The position numbers and the translations under genes are program-made. 64,000 nt of DNA from Longimicrobiales bacterium (GTDB lineage: Bacteria; Gemmatimonadota; Gemmatimonadetes; Longimicrobiales; Gaopeijiaceae): positions 864,001-928,000 of the forward strand of contig CBDBCF010000001.1 of assembly GCA_965202985.1 (NCBI GenBank), in the 5' to 3' direction. Each line of letters starts with the position of its first letter. The first letter of the stretch is position 1. Shown here piece by piece: positions 8,224 to 20,824 of the stretch. The notes below the pieces were generated by a model. That model saw nothing but the letters and a program-made list of their open reading frames with translations. It ran no database searches and was not told where the DNA came from.

Positions 8224-10785
8224 ATGAAGAAAGACATCGAGAGCTACGCGCATCGCGACAAGGAGCGCGCCAACAACCCGCCGGTCGGCCTAGTGACGCC
8301 CGCCACGGACAAGGAGGCCGGCAAGAAGACCTACACCCACGATCCCCACATCGACCCCGAACTCTCTTGGGCGGGCAAGGCCGAGCACACGTCGTTCGAG
8401 GTCCCGACCGTCTCGCTCCACGTCCACGAGCGAATCGACCCGCGCACCATCGTGGAGGCGGTCCGCAAGCGCAACGGCGACCCGGCCTCGCAGAATTCCC
8501 TCTTCGAGGACCCGGCCGAGAATCCCCCGATCCGGCAAGCCATCGACTTCTACCGCCACCGACACAACTGGACCAACCGCCTCATCGCCGGCGACAGCCT
8601 ACTGGTCATGAACAGCCTGCTGGAGAAGGAAGGCCTGGGCGGCAAGGTGCAGATGGTGTACATGGACCCGCCCTACGGGATTCGGTACGGGTCCAACTTC
8701 CAGCCGTTCGTCGGCAAGCCCGACGTGCGCGACATGGATCGCGACCTCACCCGCGAACCGGAGATGATTCGGGCGTTTCGGGACACGTGGGAGCTTGGGA
8801 TTCACTCCTACCTGACGTATCTGCGCGACCGGCTACTGCTGGTCAGGCAGCTTCTGGCGAAGAGTGGCAGTTGCTTCGTACAGGTCGGGAAGGAGAACGT
8901 TCATCGCGTCGGCGTCGCTATGGACGAAGTGCTCGGAGCGGAGAATCGAGTTGCGACCATATCCTACGCCACGACAGGCGCGAGTTCCGCCGAAACGCTG
9001 CCCGAGGTGGCGGATTATCTGCTTTGGTACGCCAAAGACAAGACGACAATGAAGTATCGGCCGCTTTATACACGGCTGAGTCGGGCTGACGTGATCCGAT
9101 TGTTCAGCTGGCACGTGATGATCGAGCTGCCGGATGGCGAATGTCGCAAGCCTACGCCGTTGGAGCGCTTCAATCCAGACGAGCACTTGCCCGCCGGCGC
9201 GCGCATCTACGCTCGGATGCCTCTCGATTCCCAGGGTGAATCGACCACTGGTCGCTCCGACCCCTATGAGTGGAAGGGGCGAGTATTTGAGTGTGCCCGC
9301 AATCGACATTGGAGCATTTCCAAGGAAGGGTTGGATCGGATGGCCGGCTTGCGGCGCTTGGAAGCGCGGGAAGGCCAGACGTCGCTCCGCTGGAAGCAAT
9401 ACGAGGACGAAGTGCCAGGACGTAGCATCAACAACGTTTGGTCCGCGCCGATGCGGGCGCAGAACAAGCGATACGTTGTTCAAACGGATACGACGGTGGT
9501 CCAGCGCTGCATCCTGATGACGACGGATCCGGGTGACTTGGTATTTGATCCCACTTGCGGTGCCGGAACGACCGCCTATGTCGCCGAACAGTGGGGACGA
9601 CGCTGGGCAACTTGCGACACGTCCCGCGTGTCCATGGTGATTGCCCGCCAACGCCTGATGACGGCACACTTCGACTACTACGAACTGGCCTATCCCGACG
9701 AAGGCGTGGGCTCCGGCTTCCGCTATCGCACCGTGGAAACGGTCTCCGCCCGCACCCTGGCCTACGACGAACCCGCCAAGCGAATCGCTCTCTACGACCA
9801 GCCGAGATCGACCGCGAACAAAGCCCGCGTCACCGGACCGTTTACCGTAGAGGCTGTTCCCGCTCCAATGGTGAAGCCTCTTGAAGAAGAAGCGCCGGAG
9901 GAAAAGGCGGCGTGGGAGGCCGACGAGTCCGTGGCCCGCTCCGGCGAGACGATTCGCCAGAGCGACTGGCGCGACGAACTGCTCAGGACCGGGATTCGGG
10001 GCAAGGCCGGCCAGCACGTCTCGTTCGCCCGGTTGGAGCCGCTGGCCGGTGCCCGATGGCTCCACGCCGAAGGGGAAACGCGACCGGACGATTCGGGCCC
10101 CGACAGCGTTCGAGAGGGCACCGCCACGAAGGTGATGCGGACGGTCGTGTCGTTCGGACCGGACCACGCACCGTTGGAGCAACGCCAAGTCGCGATGGCA
10201 ATCGACGAAGCCCACAGCTTGGTTCCCCGCCCAACGATCATCGTTTTCGCGGCCTTCCAGTTCGACCCGGAAGCAGCCAAGGACATCGACCAGACCAGCT
10301 GGCCGGGCGTCCAGTTCCTCAAGGCCCACATGAACGCCGACCTGCTCACCGATGACCTTGTGAAGAAGCGACGCGCCAACGAGAGCTTCTGGATGATCGG
10401 CCAGCCGGACGTCGACGTGGAGCCCATCGCCGACGGCCAGCACGCCGGCAGATATCGGGTAACCGTCGGCGGCTTCGACTACTACAACACAAAAACGGGC
10501 GAGCTGGAGTCCGGCGGTCACGACAAGATCGCCGTCTGGATGCTCGACCCGGACTACGACGGACGAAGCCTCTTCCCCCGCCAAGTGTTCTTCCCGGCCG
10601 GCCACGCCCGCCACGACTGGAATCGCCTGGCGAAGAACCTCAAGGCCGAGATCGACCCGAGCTTGATCGAAGCCTACCGGGGCACGGTCTCTCTACCGTT
10701 CAAGCGCGGCAAGTACGGCCGCGCCGCCGTCAAGATCGTGGACGACCGAGGCATCGAGAGCCTCAAAATCGTGGAGCTGGAGTGA
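8224..10785 (+). CDS. mod: Type III R-M methyltransferase (Mod subunit)
   Basis: NRLIAGDSL, YMDPPYG (motif IV), DLVFDPTCGAGTT (motif I) in beta-class order, ends AVKIVDDRGIESLKI. Upstream of res. Confidence 0.93.
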   Translation: MKKDIESYAHRDKERANNPPVGLVTPATDKEAGKKTYTHDPHIDPELSWAGKAEHTSFEVPTVSLHVHERIDPRTIVEAVRKRNGDPASQNSLFEDPAENPPIRQAIDFYRHRHNWTNRLIAGDSLLVMNSLLEKEGLGGKVQMVYMDPPYGIRYGSNFQPFVGKPDVRDMDRDLTREPEMIRAFRDTWELGIHSYLTYLRDRLLLVRQLLAKSGSCFVQVGKENVHRVGVAMDEVLGAENRVATISYATTGASSAETLPEVADYLLWYAKDKTTMKYRPLYTRLSRADVIRLFSWHVMIELPDGECRKPTPLERFNPDEHLPAGARIYARMPLDSQGESTTGRSDPYEWKGRVFECARNRHWSISKEGLDRMAGLRRLEAREGQTSLRWKQYEDEVPGRSINNVWSAPMRAQNKRYVVQTDTTVVQRCILMTTDPGDLVFDPTCGAGTTAYVAEQWGRRWATCDTSRVSMVIARQRLMTAHFDYYELAYPDEGVGSGFRYRTVETVSARTLAYDEPAKRIALYDQPRSTANKARVTGPFTVEAVPAPMVKPLEEEAPEEKAAWEADESVARSGETIRQSDWRDELLRTGIRGKAGQHVSFARLEPLAGARWLHAEGETRPDDSGPDSVREGTATKVMRTVVSFGPDHAPLEQRQVAMAIDEAHSLVPRPTIIVFAAFQFDPEAAKDIDQTSWPGVQFLKAHMNADLLTDDLVKKRRANESFWMIGQPDVDVEPIADGQHAGRYRVTVGGFDYYNTKTGELESGGHDKIAVWMLDPDYDGRSLFPRQVFFPAGHARHDWNRLAKNLKAEIDPSLIEAYRGTVSLPFKRGKYGRAAVKIVDDRGIESLKIVELE

Positions 10786-11567
10786 TGGGAATCAATCTGC
10801 CGAAGGCCAGGGCCATTGAGTTGCTCGAGAGATCCCTGTCGAGAATGGGCGACCTTACTCTTCAAGATCATATGGACAGGAGTGGTGCCTACCAGAAATG
10901 GCAACGCGACACCGGTGTAGCCGTCCGGAAAATCTTTGGCGATGACTCCTCGCATTCTAGCGACTTTATCATGGAGGTTTATAGTCATGTAAGTTACGGA
11001 TTTGAGAATGTAACTGTCTTGCTGAAGTCAATGATTGACGAAATCAAAGAATTCGGAGACGATGACGATTCCTCGCAATCAAGACCTGCGCAGGATCCAG
11101 ACGCAAGCACACGCGACAAACGGTCAGTGTTTATTGTTCATGGTCATGATGAACCCGCCAAGCTCACTGTGAAGGACTTCTTGAAGGAACTTCACCTAAA
11201 CCCCATTATCTTGTCCGATAAAGCGAGCGAGGGAAACACCATCATTGCGAAATTCCAAAAGCACGCGCAAGTCGCCTTCGCTGTCGTGCTGATGACTCCA
11301 GATGATAAAGGTGCTCGCAAACGTGATGTCAAGATGTCCTGTCGAGCCAGACAGAACGTCATATTTGAATTCGGCTTCTTTCTGGGAGAACTGGGCATGG
11401 AGAAGGTCAGATTATTGCGGAAGGGAGAAGTAGAAATACCTTCCGACTATTCTGGCGTCGAGTACATTGATTTCGACGACAAAGGGGGATGGAAGCTGAA
11501 GTTGGCTCAAGAAATGAAAGATGCAGGGCTGGAATTCGACATGAATCGCCTGTCCGAATCCCGTTAG
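10785..11567 (+). CDS. TIR-like nucleotide-binding domain protein (Cap12/Pycsar-type TIR family)
   Basis: VFIVHGHD, FAVVLMTPDD, RARQNVIFEFGFF, EIPSDYSGVEYI. TGATG overlap with the mod stop. Confidence 0.88.
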   Translation: MGINLPKARAIELLERSLSRMGDLTLQDHMDRSGAYQKWQRDTGVAVRKIFGDDSSHSSDFIMEVYSHVSYGFENVTVLLKSMIDEIKEFGDDDDSSQSRPAQDPDASTRDKRSVFIVHGHDEPAKLTVKDFLKELHLNPIILSDKASEGNTIIAKFQKHAQVAFAVVLMTPDDKGARKRDVKMSCRARQNVIFEFGFFLGELGMEKVRLLRKGEVEIPSDYSGVEYIDFDDKGGWKLKLAQEMKDAGLEFDMNRLSESR

Positions 11568-11585
11568 CTGCATAGCAGAGCCGGC

Positions 11586-14399
11586 ATGCCTCAGTCCACC
11601 ATCGACCGCCTCATCGTCAACTCGCCCTACGACGAACCCAACCGCCACTGGCACTACGACCACAGCACCCGCCTCTTCGACCTCAAGGAAGGCCGTCGCC
11701 CCGCCGGCTACCTGGTCGCCTCCGAAGACTCCCGCGCCTTCGACGACCCCGGCACCTTCGTCGAAATCCCGCTGGTCAACCGCATTCGCCCCCGCGTCAA
11801 CAAGTGGCGCGAGGCCGGCTGGCCGGGCGTCTCCGCCGTCACCCGCCGCCTGCTCCGGCACTGGCACGACCCCGAGGAGTTCGACAGCCGCCGGTTCTTC
11901 TTCTGCCAGCTGGAGGCGATCGAGACGCTGATCTGGCTGGTCGAATCGTCGATCGAGGACAGGGGCGGCATCGACGTGCCCTCCGACGGCGGCGACTTCC
12001 AGCGCGTGTGCGCCAAGATGGCGACGGGCTCGGGCAAGACGCTCGTGATGGCGATGCTGATCGCGTGGCAGGTGCTGAACCGGGTCGATCGGCGGCGGGA
12101 CACGCGGTTCGCGCGCAACGTGCTCGTGGTGGCGCCGGGGCTCACGGTGAAGAGCCGGCTGGCGGTGCTGGAGCCGTTTCACCCCGAGAACTACTACGAA
12201 GCATTTCGCATCGTCCCGTCGGCGCTGCTCGACAAGCTGCGGCAGGGCCGGGTCGTGGTGCGGAACTGGCACGCGCTCAACTGGGAGAGCGACGAGCAGG
12301 TCGCCAAGCGCCGCAGCGTGGACAAGCGGGGCGCTCGGAGCGACGAAGCCTACGTCCGCGACGTGCTGGGCGAGATGTCGGGCGCCCGCGGGCTGCTGGT
12401 CGTCAACGACGAGGCCCACCACGCCTGGCGGACACACGGCGCGACCCGGATGAAGGGCGTCGCCAAGGCCCGGATCGACGAGGCGACCAAGTGGGTCGGC
12501 GGGCTGGACAGGATTCACCGGGCGCGGGGCGTTCTCCGCTGCTACGACTTCTCGGCCACGCCCTTCGCGCCGTCGGGCGGGCGTAGCTCGGAAGAGGCGC
12601 TTTTCGATTGGATCGTGAGCGACTTCGGCCTCAACGACGCCATCGAGGCCGGACTGGTCAAGACGCCCCGAGTGGTCGTGCGGGACGACGCGGTGCCCGA
12701 CGCCGCCACCTACAAGTCGCGCCTGTACCACATCTACAACGACCCGGAGGTGAAGGCCGACCTGAACCGCAGGGCCGCCGCGCACGAGCCGCTGCCCGAC
12801 CTGGTCGTGAACGGCTACCACCTGCTGGGGCACGACTGGCAGGAGACCGCCAAGGCGTGGCGCGAAGCCGAGATGCCGGCGCCGCCGACGATGATCACGG
12901 TGGCCAACCGCACAGAGACCGCCGCCCGCGTCAAGCACGCCTTCGACAAGGGCACGATTCCGGTCCCGGAGTTGTGCGACCCGGCGCGCACGCTCCACAT
13001 CGACTCCAAGGTGCTGGCCAAGGCGGAAGCGGAGGCCGAGGCGGCGGCGTCCGGCGGCAACGGGGACGGAGGCGGCAGAAGCGACGGGAGCGGCGGCGCG
13101 AAGCCCGGTCCCAGCAACGCGAAGGAGCGCGCCGAGCTGCTCCGCCGTCAGGTGGACACGGTGGGGCGTCCCGGCGAGCCGGGGGAGCAGATTCAGAACG
13201 TCATCTCCGTTGGGATGCTGTCGGAGGGCTGGGACGCCAAGACCGTCACCCACATCATGGGACTGCGCGCCTTCGCCAGTCAGCTGCTGTGCGAACAGGT
13301 CGTGGGACGCGGGCTCCGCCGAACCGCCTACGAGGTCAACCCCAAGTCCGGTCTCTTCGACCCCGAGCACGTGAACGTCTTCGGCGTGCCCTTCACCTTC
13401 CTGCCCCACGAGCAGGAGGACGCCGTCCCCGAGCCGCCCCAGCCCAAGACCGCCGTCCACCCGCTGGCCGAGCGCACGAAGGAGTACGAGATCACCTGGC
13501 CCAACGTCGTGCGCATCGACCGGTCGTGGCGGCCCCGGCTGACGGTGAACTGGGCCGACATGGACCCGCTGCGGATCGACGTCCGTACGATGGTCAACGT
13601 GGCCGACTTGGCGCCGGTGGTGGACGGCCAGCCCGACGTGACCAAGGTCGAGACGATCAACTTGGTGGAGCTGCTGAGGGGCAAGCGGGAGCAGACGATC
13701 GTCTTCGAGGTCGCGGCCAGGCTCCTGGAGCAGACCGTGCGCGAGCAAGAGTGGACCGGGAGCCGGGAGACCCTGCTGCCGCAGCTGGTCAGGCTGGTGG
13801 AGGAGTTCGTGCGCTCCGACAGACTCCGGCTGGAGCCGCCGATCTTCGCGCAAGACCGGCGGAAGCGCCGCATCGTCGTCGCCTTGAGCATGGTGCGAGT
13901 GGTCCAGCACATCTTGCAGTCGATCCGCCAGGAAAACGCCGAGGTGCTGGCCCCCGTCTTCGACCCCGACCGCCCCATCGGCTCCACCGCCGACATGGCC
14001 ACCTGGTACACCGGCAAGCCGTGCGGCCCCACCACCCGCAGCCACGTCAACTACTGCGTCTACGACAGCGCTTGGGAGACGTCCGAAGCCTACGCCCTTG
14101 ACCAGAGCCCCTTGGTCCGCGCTTGGGTCAAGAACGACCACCTGGGCTTCGAGGTCTCATACGTCCACCGCGGCGTGGTGCGGAAGTACCGCCCCGACTT
14201 CCTGGTCCGCCTGACCTCCGGCGAAACGCTCGTCCTGGAGGTGAAGGGCCACGTCCGCGAGCCCGACCCCGTGAAGCGCCGCTACATGGACGAGTGGTGC
14301 CAGGCCGTGAACGCCCACGGCGGCTTCGGCCGCTGGCGGCACGCCGTCTCCCGCGGGCCGGGCAAGGTCCACGGGATATTGGAGGAGGCGGGCGGATAG
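11586..14399 (+). CDS. res: Type III restriction endonuclease (Res subunit, SF2 helicase plus PD-(D/E)xK nuclease)
   Basis: KMATGSGKT, NDEAHH, SAT, MLSEGWD, EQVVGRGLRR, YRPDF...LEVKG. Confidence 0.93.
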   Translation: MPQSTIDRLIVNSPYDEPNRHWHYDHSTRLFDLKEGRRPAGYLVASEDSRAFDDPGTFVEIPLVNRIRPRVNKWREAGWPGVSAVTRRLLRHWHDPEEFDSRRFFFCQLEAIETLIWLVESSIEDRGGIDVPSDGGDFQRVCAKMATGSGKTLVMAMLIAWQVLNRVDRRRDTRFARNVLVVAPGLTVKSRLAVLEPFHPENYYEAFRIVPSALLDKLRQGRVVVRNWHALNWESDEQVAKRRSVDKRGARSDEAYVRDVLGEMSGARGLLVVNDEAHHAWRTHGATRMKGVAKARIDEATKWVGGLDRIHRARGVLRCYDFSATPFAPSGGRSSEEALFDWIVSDFGLNDAIEAGLVKTPRVVVRDDAVPDAATYKSRLYHIYNDPEVKADLNRRAAAHEPLPDLVVNGYHLLGHDWQETAKAWREAEMPAPPTMITVANRTETAARVKHAFDKGTIPVPELCDPARTLHIDSKVLAKAEAEAEAAASGGNGDGGGRSDGSGGAKPGPSNAKERAELLRRQVDTVGRPGEPGEQIQNVISVGMLSEGWDAKTVTHIMGLRAFASQLLCEQVVGRGLRRTAYEVNPKSGLFDPEHVNVFGVPFTFLPHEQEDAVPEPPQPKTAVHPLAERTKEYEITWPNVVRIDRSWRPRLTVNWADMDPLRIDVRTMVNVADLAPVVDGQPDVTKVETINLVELLRGKREQTIVFEVAARLLEQTVREQEWTGSRETLLPQLVRLVEEFVRSDRLRLEPPIFAQDRRKRRIVVALSMVRVVQHILQSIRQENAEVLAPVFDPDRPIGSTADMATWYTGKPCGPTTRSHVNYCVYDSAWETSEAYALDQSPLVRAWVKNDHLGFEVSYVHRGVVRKYRPDFLVRLTSGETLVLEVKGHVREPDPVKRRYMDEWCQAVNAHGGFGRWRHAVSRGPGKVHGILEEAGG

Positions 14400-14412
14400 G
14401 AAGCGCCCTGCA

Positions 14413-15303
14413 TCACGATCGGATCGCCCACATGCGCGTCGAGGCGTCGTACGCCAGTTCTCCGCGACGCTTCAAGTGCAGTTGGGCGTGACGCAGGCGG
14501 CGCTTCCACGCCCTGCCGTACTGCTCGCCCTTGATCGAGAAGTACTCGGTGTCGTCGCACAGGTCGGGCAGGAGCTCCTGGACTTGCGACTGGATTTCCT
14601 TGGTCGCAAGAGGGCCGTCCGCGAGGACGAACAGGATCGCGTCGCCGAACACGGCGTGGGCGCTGCGGTCGCCCACCTGAGCGGAGGCGAATGCGGGCTT
14701 GGCGCGCTGCAAGGCGTCGTTGAAGCGAGCTCTGGCGGACGACGACGCGTCGGCCGTCGCTTCTTCCCAGGCTCGGCGCAACTCGGTCTCCAGCGGCTCC
14801 ATCTCGGCGAGCGCGTCGGGTCCCACCCGGCTTCCCATCGCCGCGAACCGCAGCATGTCGCTCCGCACCTTGCCGGCCAAGCACGGTTCGCGGAACAGCA
14901 CGCCGTACTCGATGTTCCGGTCGATGCCGGACCGGGTCAGGTTCCCCGACGTGACGATCGCAGCCTTCTCGTCGGCCACGAACACCTTGGCGTGAAGGTT
15001 GGGGAGCGCGATCAGCTCGGCCGCGGGCGACGACTGCCGCAGGCAACGGAGGGCGGCGATGTCCAGCGCCGACGTGCCCACCGCCTGCGAGTCGATCTTG
15101 GCCAGCGTGGTGATCTCGACGCCGGTCCGCACCTGGTCGCAGAGCCACTGCGCCTCGCCAAGCTTGATGAACGGCGCGGCCACGAGCAGCGACCTGCTGG
15201 CGATCGAGGCGACTTCGGCCAGCTCCGCCCGCCACCCGCGCCCCAGGAAGTCCACGCCGCCCACTGTCCCGCCCTCCCGAACGCTACGCTCTTCGCTCAG
15301 CAA
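14413..15303 (-). CDS. Phospholipase D-family (HKD) nuclease with putative C-terminal winged-helix domain
   Basis: APFI, LHAKVFVAD...TSGNLT...NIEYG. C-terminal TKEIQSQVQELLPDLCDD...WKRRLRHAQLHLKRRG. Start uncertain. Confidence 0.8.
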   Translation of the reverse strand: MLSEERSVREGGTVGGVDFLGRGWRAELAEVASIASRSLLVAAPFIKLGEAQWLCDQVRTGVEITTLAKIDSQAVGTSALDIAALRCLRQSSPAAELIALPNLHAKVFVADEKAAIVTSGNLTRSGIDRNIEYGVLFREPCLAGKVRSDMLRFAAMGSRVGPDALAEMEPLETELRRAWEEATADASSSARARFNDALQRAKPAFASAQVGDRSAHAVFGDAILFVLADGPLATKEIQSQVQELLPDLCDDTEYFSIKGEQYGRAWKRRLRHAQLHLKRRGELAYDASTRMWAIRS

Positions 15304-15990
15304 GCTCGTCGTGGCCTGCGCCCATCCCCACGGCTATCCCCATGCACCCCCGCCCCGCCAGCGACGAGAAGTCGTCCCCCGCCACGATGATGTGGTCCAG
15401 GACGGGGATGCCCAGCTGCTCGCCGGCGCTGGCCAGCTGCCGGGTCACGCGCAGGTCCTCCGACGACGGGTCCGGATTCCCGGACGGGTGATTGTGCACC
15501 AGGATCAGCGCCGCCGCGCCCAGCACGATGGCGTCACGGAAGACTTCGCGGGGGTGGATCAGCGAAGCGTCCAGAATCCCGCGCGTCACTTGGCGCTGGC
15601 AGATGGGGCCGTTCTGGGAGTTGAGCAGCAGGACGTGGAACTCCTCGTGTCCCAGATGGGCCAGGCTGGGGGCGAAGATCTCGTGAACGTCCTCGGGGCC
15701 CATGATCGGGTCTTCGGGGACGCACCGAGCGGACGCAACCCGGCGCCCCAACTCGATGGCGGCCACGATCCGGCCGGCCACGGCGGGACCGATCCCGGGC
15801 AGCGCCGCCAAGCGCTCGGGGCCCAGCCGAGCCAAGTCGCCCAGCCGGCCGTCGGACAGGGCCAGCACGGCGTCGGCCAGCTCCCAGGCGGCGGCCGCGC
15901 CCCCCGAGCCGCCGCTCGATCCGATCACGAGCGTGAGCAGCTCCTGCTCCGAGAGCGGCCCCGGGCCGTAGCGCCGAAGCCGCTCCCGCG

Positions 15991-16012
<22 letters not shown>
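15284..16012 (-). CDS. radC: RadC-family JAB domain protein
   Basis: RERL...LSEQELL, HPREVF, HNHPSG...SSED, LDHII. GTG start estimated. Confidence 0.92.
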
Positions 16013-19343
<3,331 letters not shown>

Positions 19344-19347
<4 letters not shown>

Positions 19348-19991
19348 TCCACGTCTCCGCGCAGGTCGTGCGCGCCCAGCTCCCCGCGGCGCGCGCCGCG
19401 TTCTCGATACAGTCCTTCTCTCCGAATTAGGGCCGCAACTTGGGACGCCACCATGGCCGAAAGGGACCTTCCTTGCGCCGCATGTTTCCGCACCCCCGAG
19501 GACGACACCGCGACGGGCGCCATAGGCACGGCCAGCACTGGGAATTCGGGGTAGCCGGGCACCTTCCGCGGAAGCCGACCGTTCCGCGCAACGGCCACGA
19601 CGCGGGCGCGCTCCATCACGTCCCGGGGCGCCCGCCACGACGGAAGCGCCTCCACTTGGTCGGCCCCCAGCACCAGGAAAAGCGACCAGGACGGGTTCGC
19701 CTCCGCCAGCGTCCGCAGGGTGTCCACCGTGTAGGACACGCCCCCGCGCTCCAGCTCCAGGGCACACAGGTCGAAGCGGGGATCGTCCCGGACCACGGCC
19801 TCCACCATGCGCCGCCGCGCGCCCGCCCCCGCCTGCGGAGCGCCGACCCTGTGGGGAGCGAGCGCCGCCGGAACCCACAGGACCAAGTCCAAGCCGACCG
19901 TCTCCGCCGCGGCTCGCGCCACCGCCGCGTGGCCCCGGTGAGGCGGGTCGAAGGTGCCGCCGAAGACGCCTATCCGGGGTCCGTGGTCCAT
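19344..19991 (-). CDS. nadD: Nicotinate-nucleotide adenylyltransferase
   Basis: GVFGGTFDPPHRGH, SYTVDTL, GAD, VSSS. Confidence 0.93.
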
Positions 19992-20824
19992 CCCTGGGAC
20001 GGCTCGCCCGGCGCGGCCAGTCCTCCCTGGCCGTTCGGGTCCAGTGCCTTGGCCTCGGGCGACTCCGGGTAGCTCTCGAGAAGCCGGGCCGTGAACTCTT
20101 CCTGCTGTTCGTCCCAGCCCCACTCCTCGTAGATCTCGATCAGGCGGGCCATGGCGCGAGGCGCGACGCCGGTCTCGGCGAAGACGTCCACCACGTTCAG
20201 GAAGATCAGCTCGGCCGACTCCAAGATGTCCCGCTGGAAGTAGAAGTACCCTTCCCCGTAGCTCTTTTCGGCCAGCTTGGCGTGCATCTCCATGACCACG
20301 GCCCGGGCCGAGTCGCCGACCGGCTCTCCTCGGTAGTCCTGGGCCACGTTCTGGCACGTGGTCCGCGCTTGCAACGTGTACTGCTGGTCCCGCTGGGGGT
20401 GGGGAGACAGGGCGGCGTACGAGCGGCAGAGTCCCATCCACGCCTCCGAAGTGCGCTCGTCGTCCGGGTACGTCTGGGCGATCCGCGTGTACTCGGACAC
20501 CGCGCTGATGTACTCCTCGTCGGCGAAGAACGCCTTGGCCAGCGTGTGGCGGGCGTCCACCACTTCTTCGAACCCTGGAAAGGTCAACATCAGTCGTTCC
20601 AGGGCGCGCCGGGCCTCGTCCCAGTCCTCGTCGGCAAACGCCCGACGCCCGTGCTCGTAGAGTTCTTCGGCCGTCCAGCCGGCATAGGGAGGCGCGGACG
20701 CGCAGGTTGCGGCCCACCACGCCGCTCCCCAGGCCGCGAGCACTCTGCTCGCCCGTCGGAAGAAGCGGCTCGCCCGTCGGAAGCGGCCAGCCCCGGCGGA
20801 GCCGGACGCCCCCCGGGTCAGCAC
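19970..20824 (-). CDS. bamD: Outer membrane protein assembly factor BamD
   Basis: TPR helices, RDQQYT, KLAEKSY...FY. Start estimated. Confidence 0.8.
   Translation of the reverse strand: MLTRGASGSAGAGRFRRASRFFRRASRVLAAWGAAWWAATCASAPPYAGWTAEELYEHGRRAFADEDWDEARRALERLMLTFPGFEEVVDARHTLAKAFFADEEYISAVSEYTRIAQTYPDDERTSEAWMGLCRSYAALSPHPQRDQQYTLQARTTCQNVAQDYRGEPVGDSARAVVMEMHAKLAEKSYGEGYFYFQRDILESAELIFLNVVDVFAETGVAPRAMARLIEIYEEWGWDEQQEEFTARLLESYPESPEAKALDPNGQGGLAAPGEPSQGWTTDPG

Noticed and set aside
10785..11567. Calling the TIR gene part of CBASS, Pycsar or Thoeris
   Set aside because: No cyclase, STING, cNMP-binding domain or ThsA partner is recognisable in the window.
11412..14141. 909-aa minus-strand ORF, and similar long antisense or alternate-frame ORFs over mod, secA, secY, tuf and pyk
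   Set aside because: They overlap well-supported genes, lack motifs, and are expected from stop-codon scarcity at high GC.
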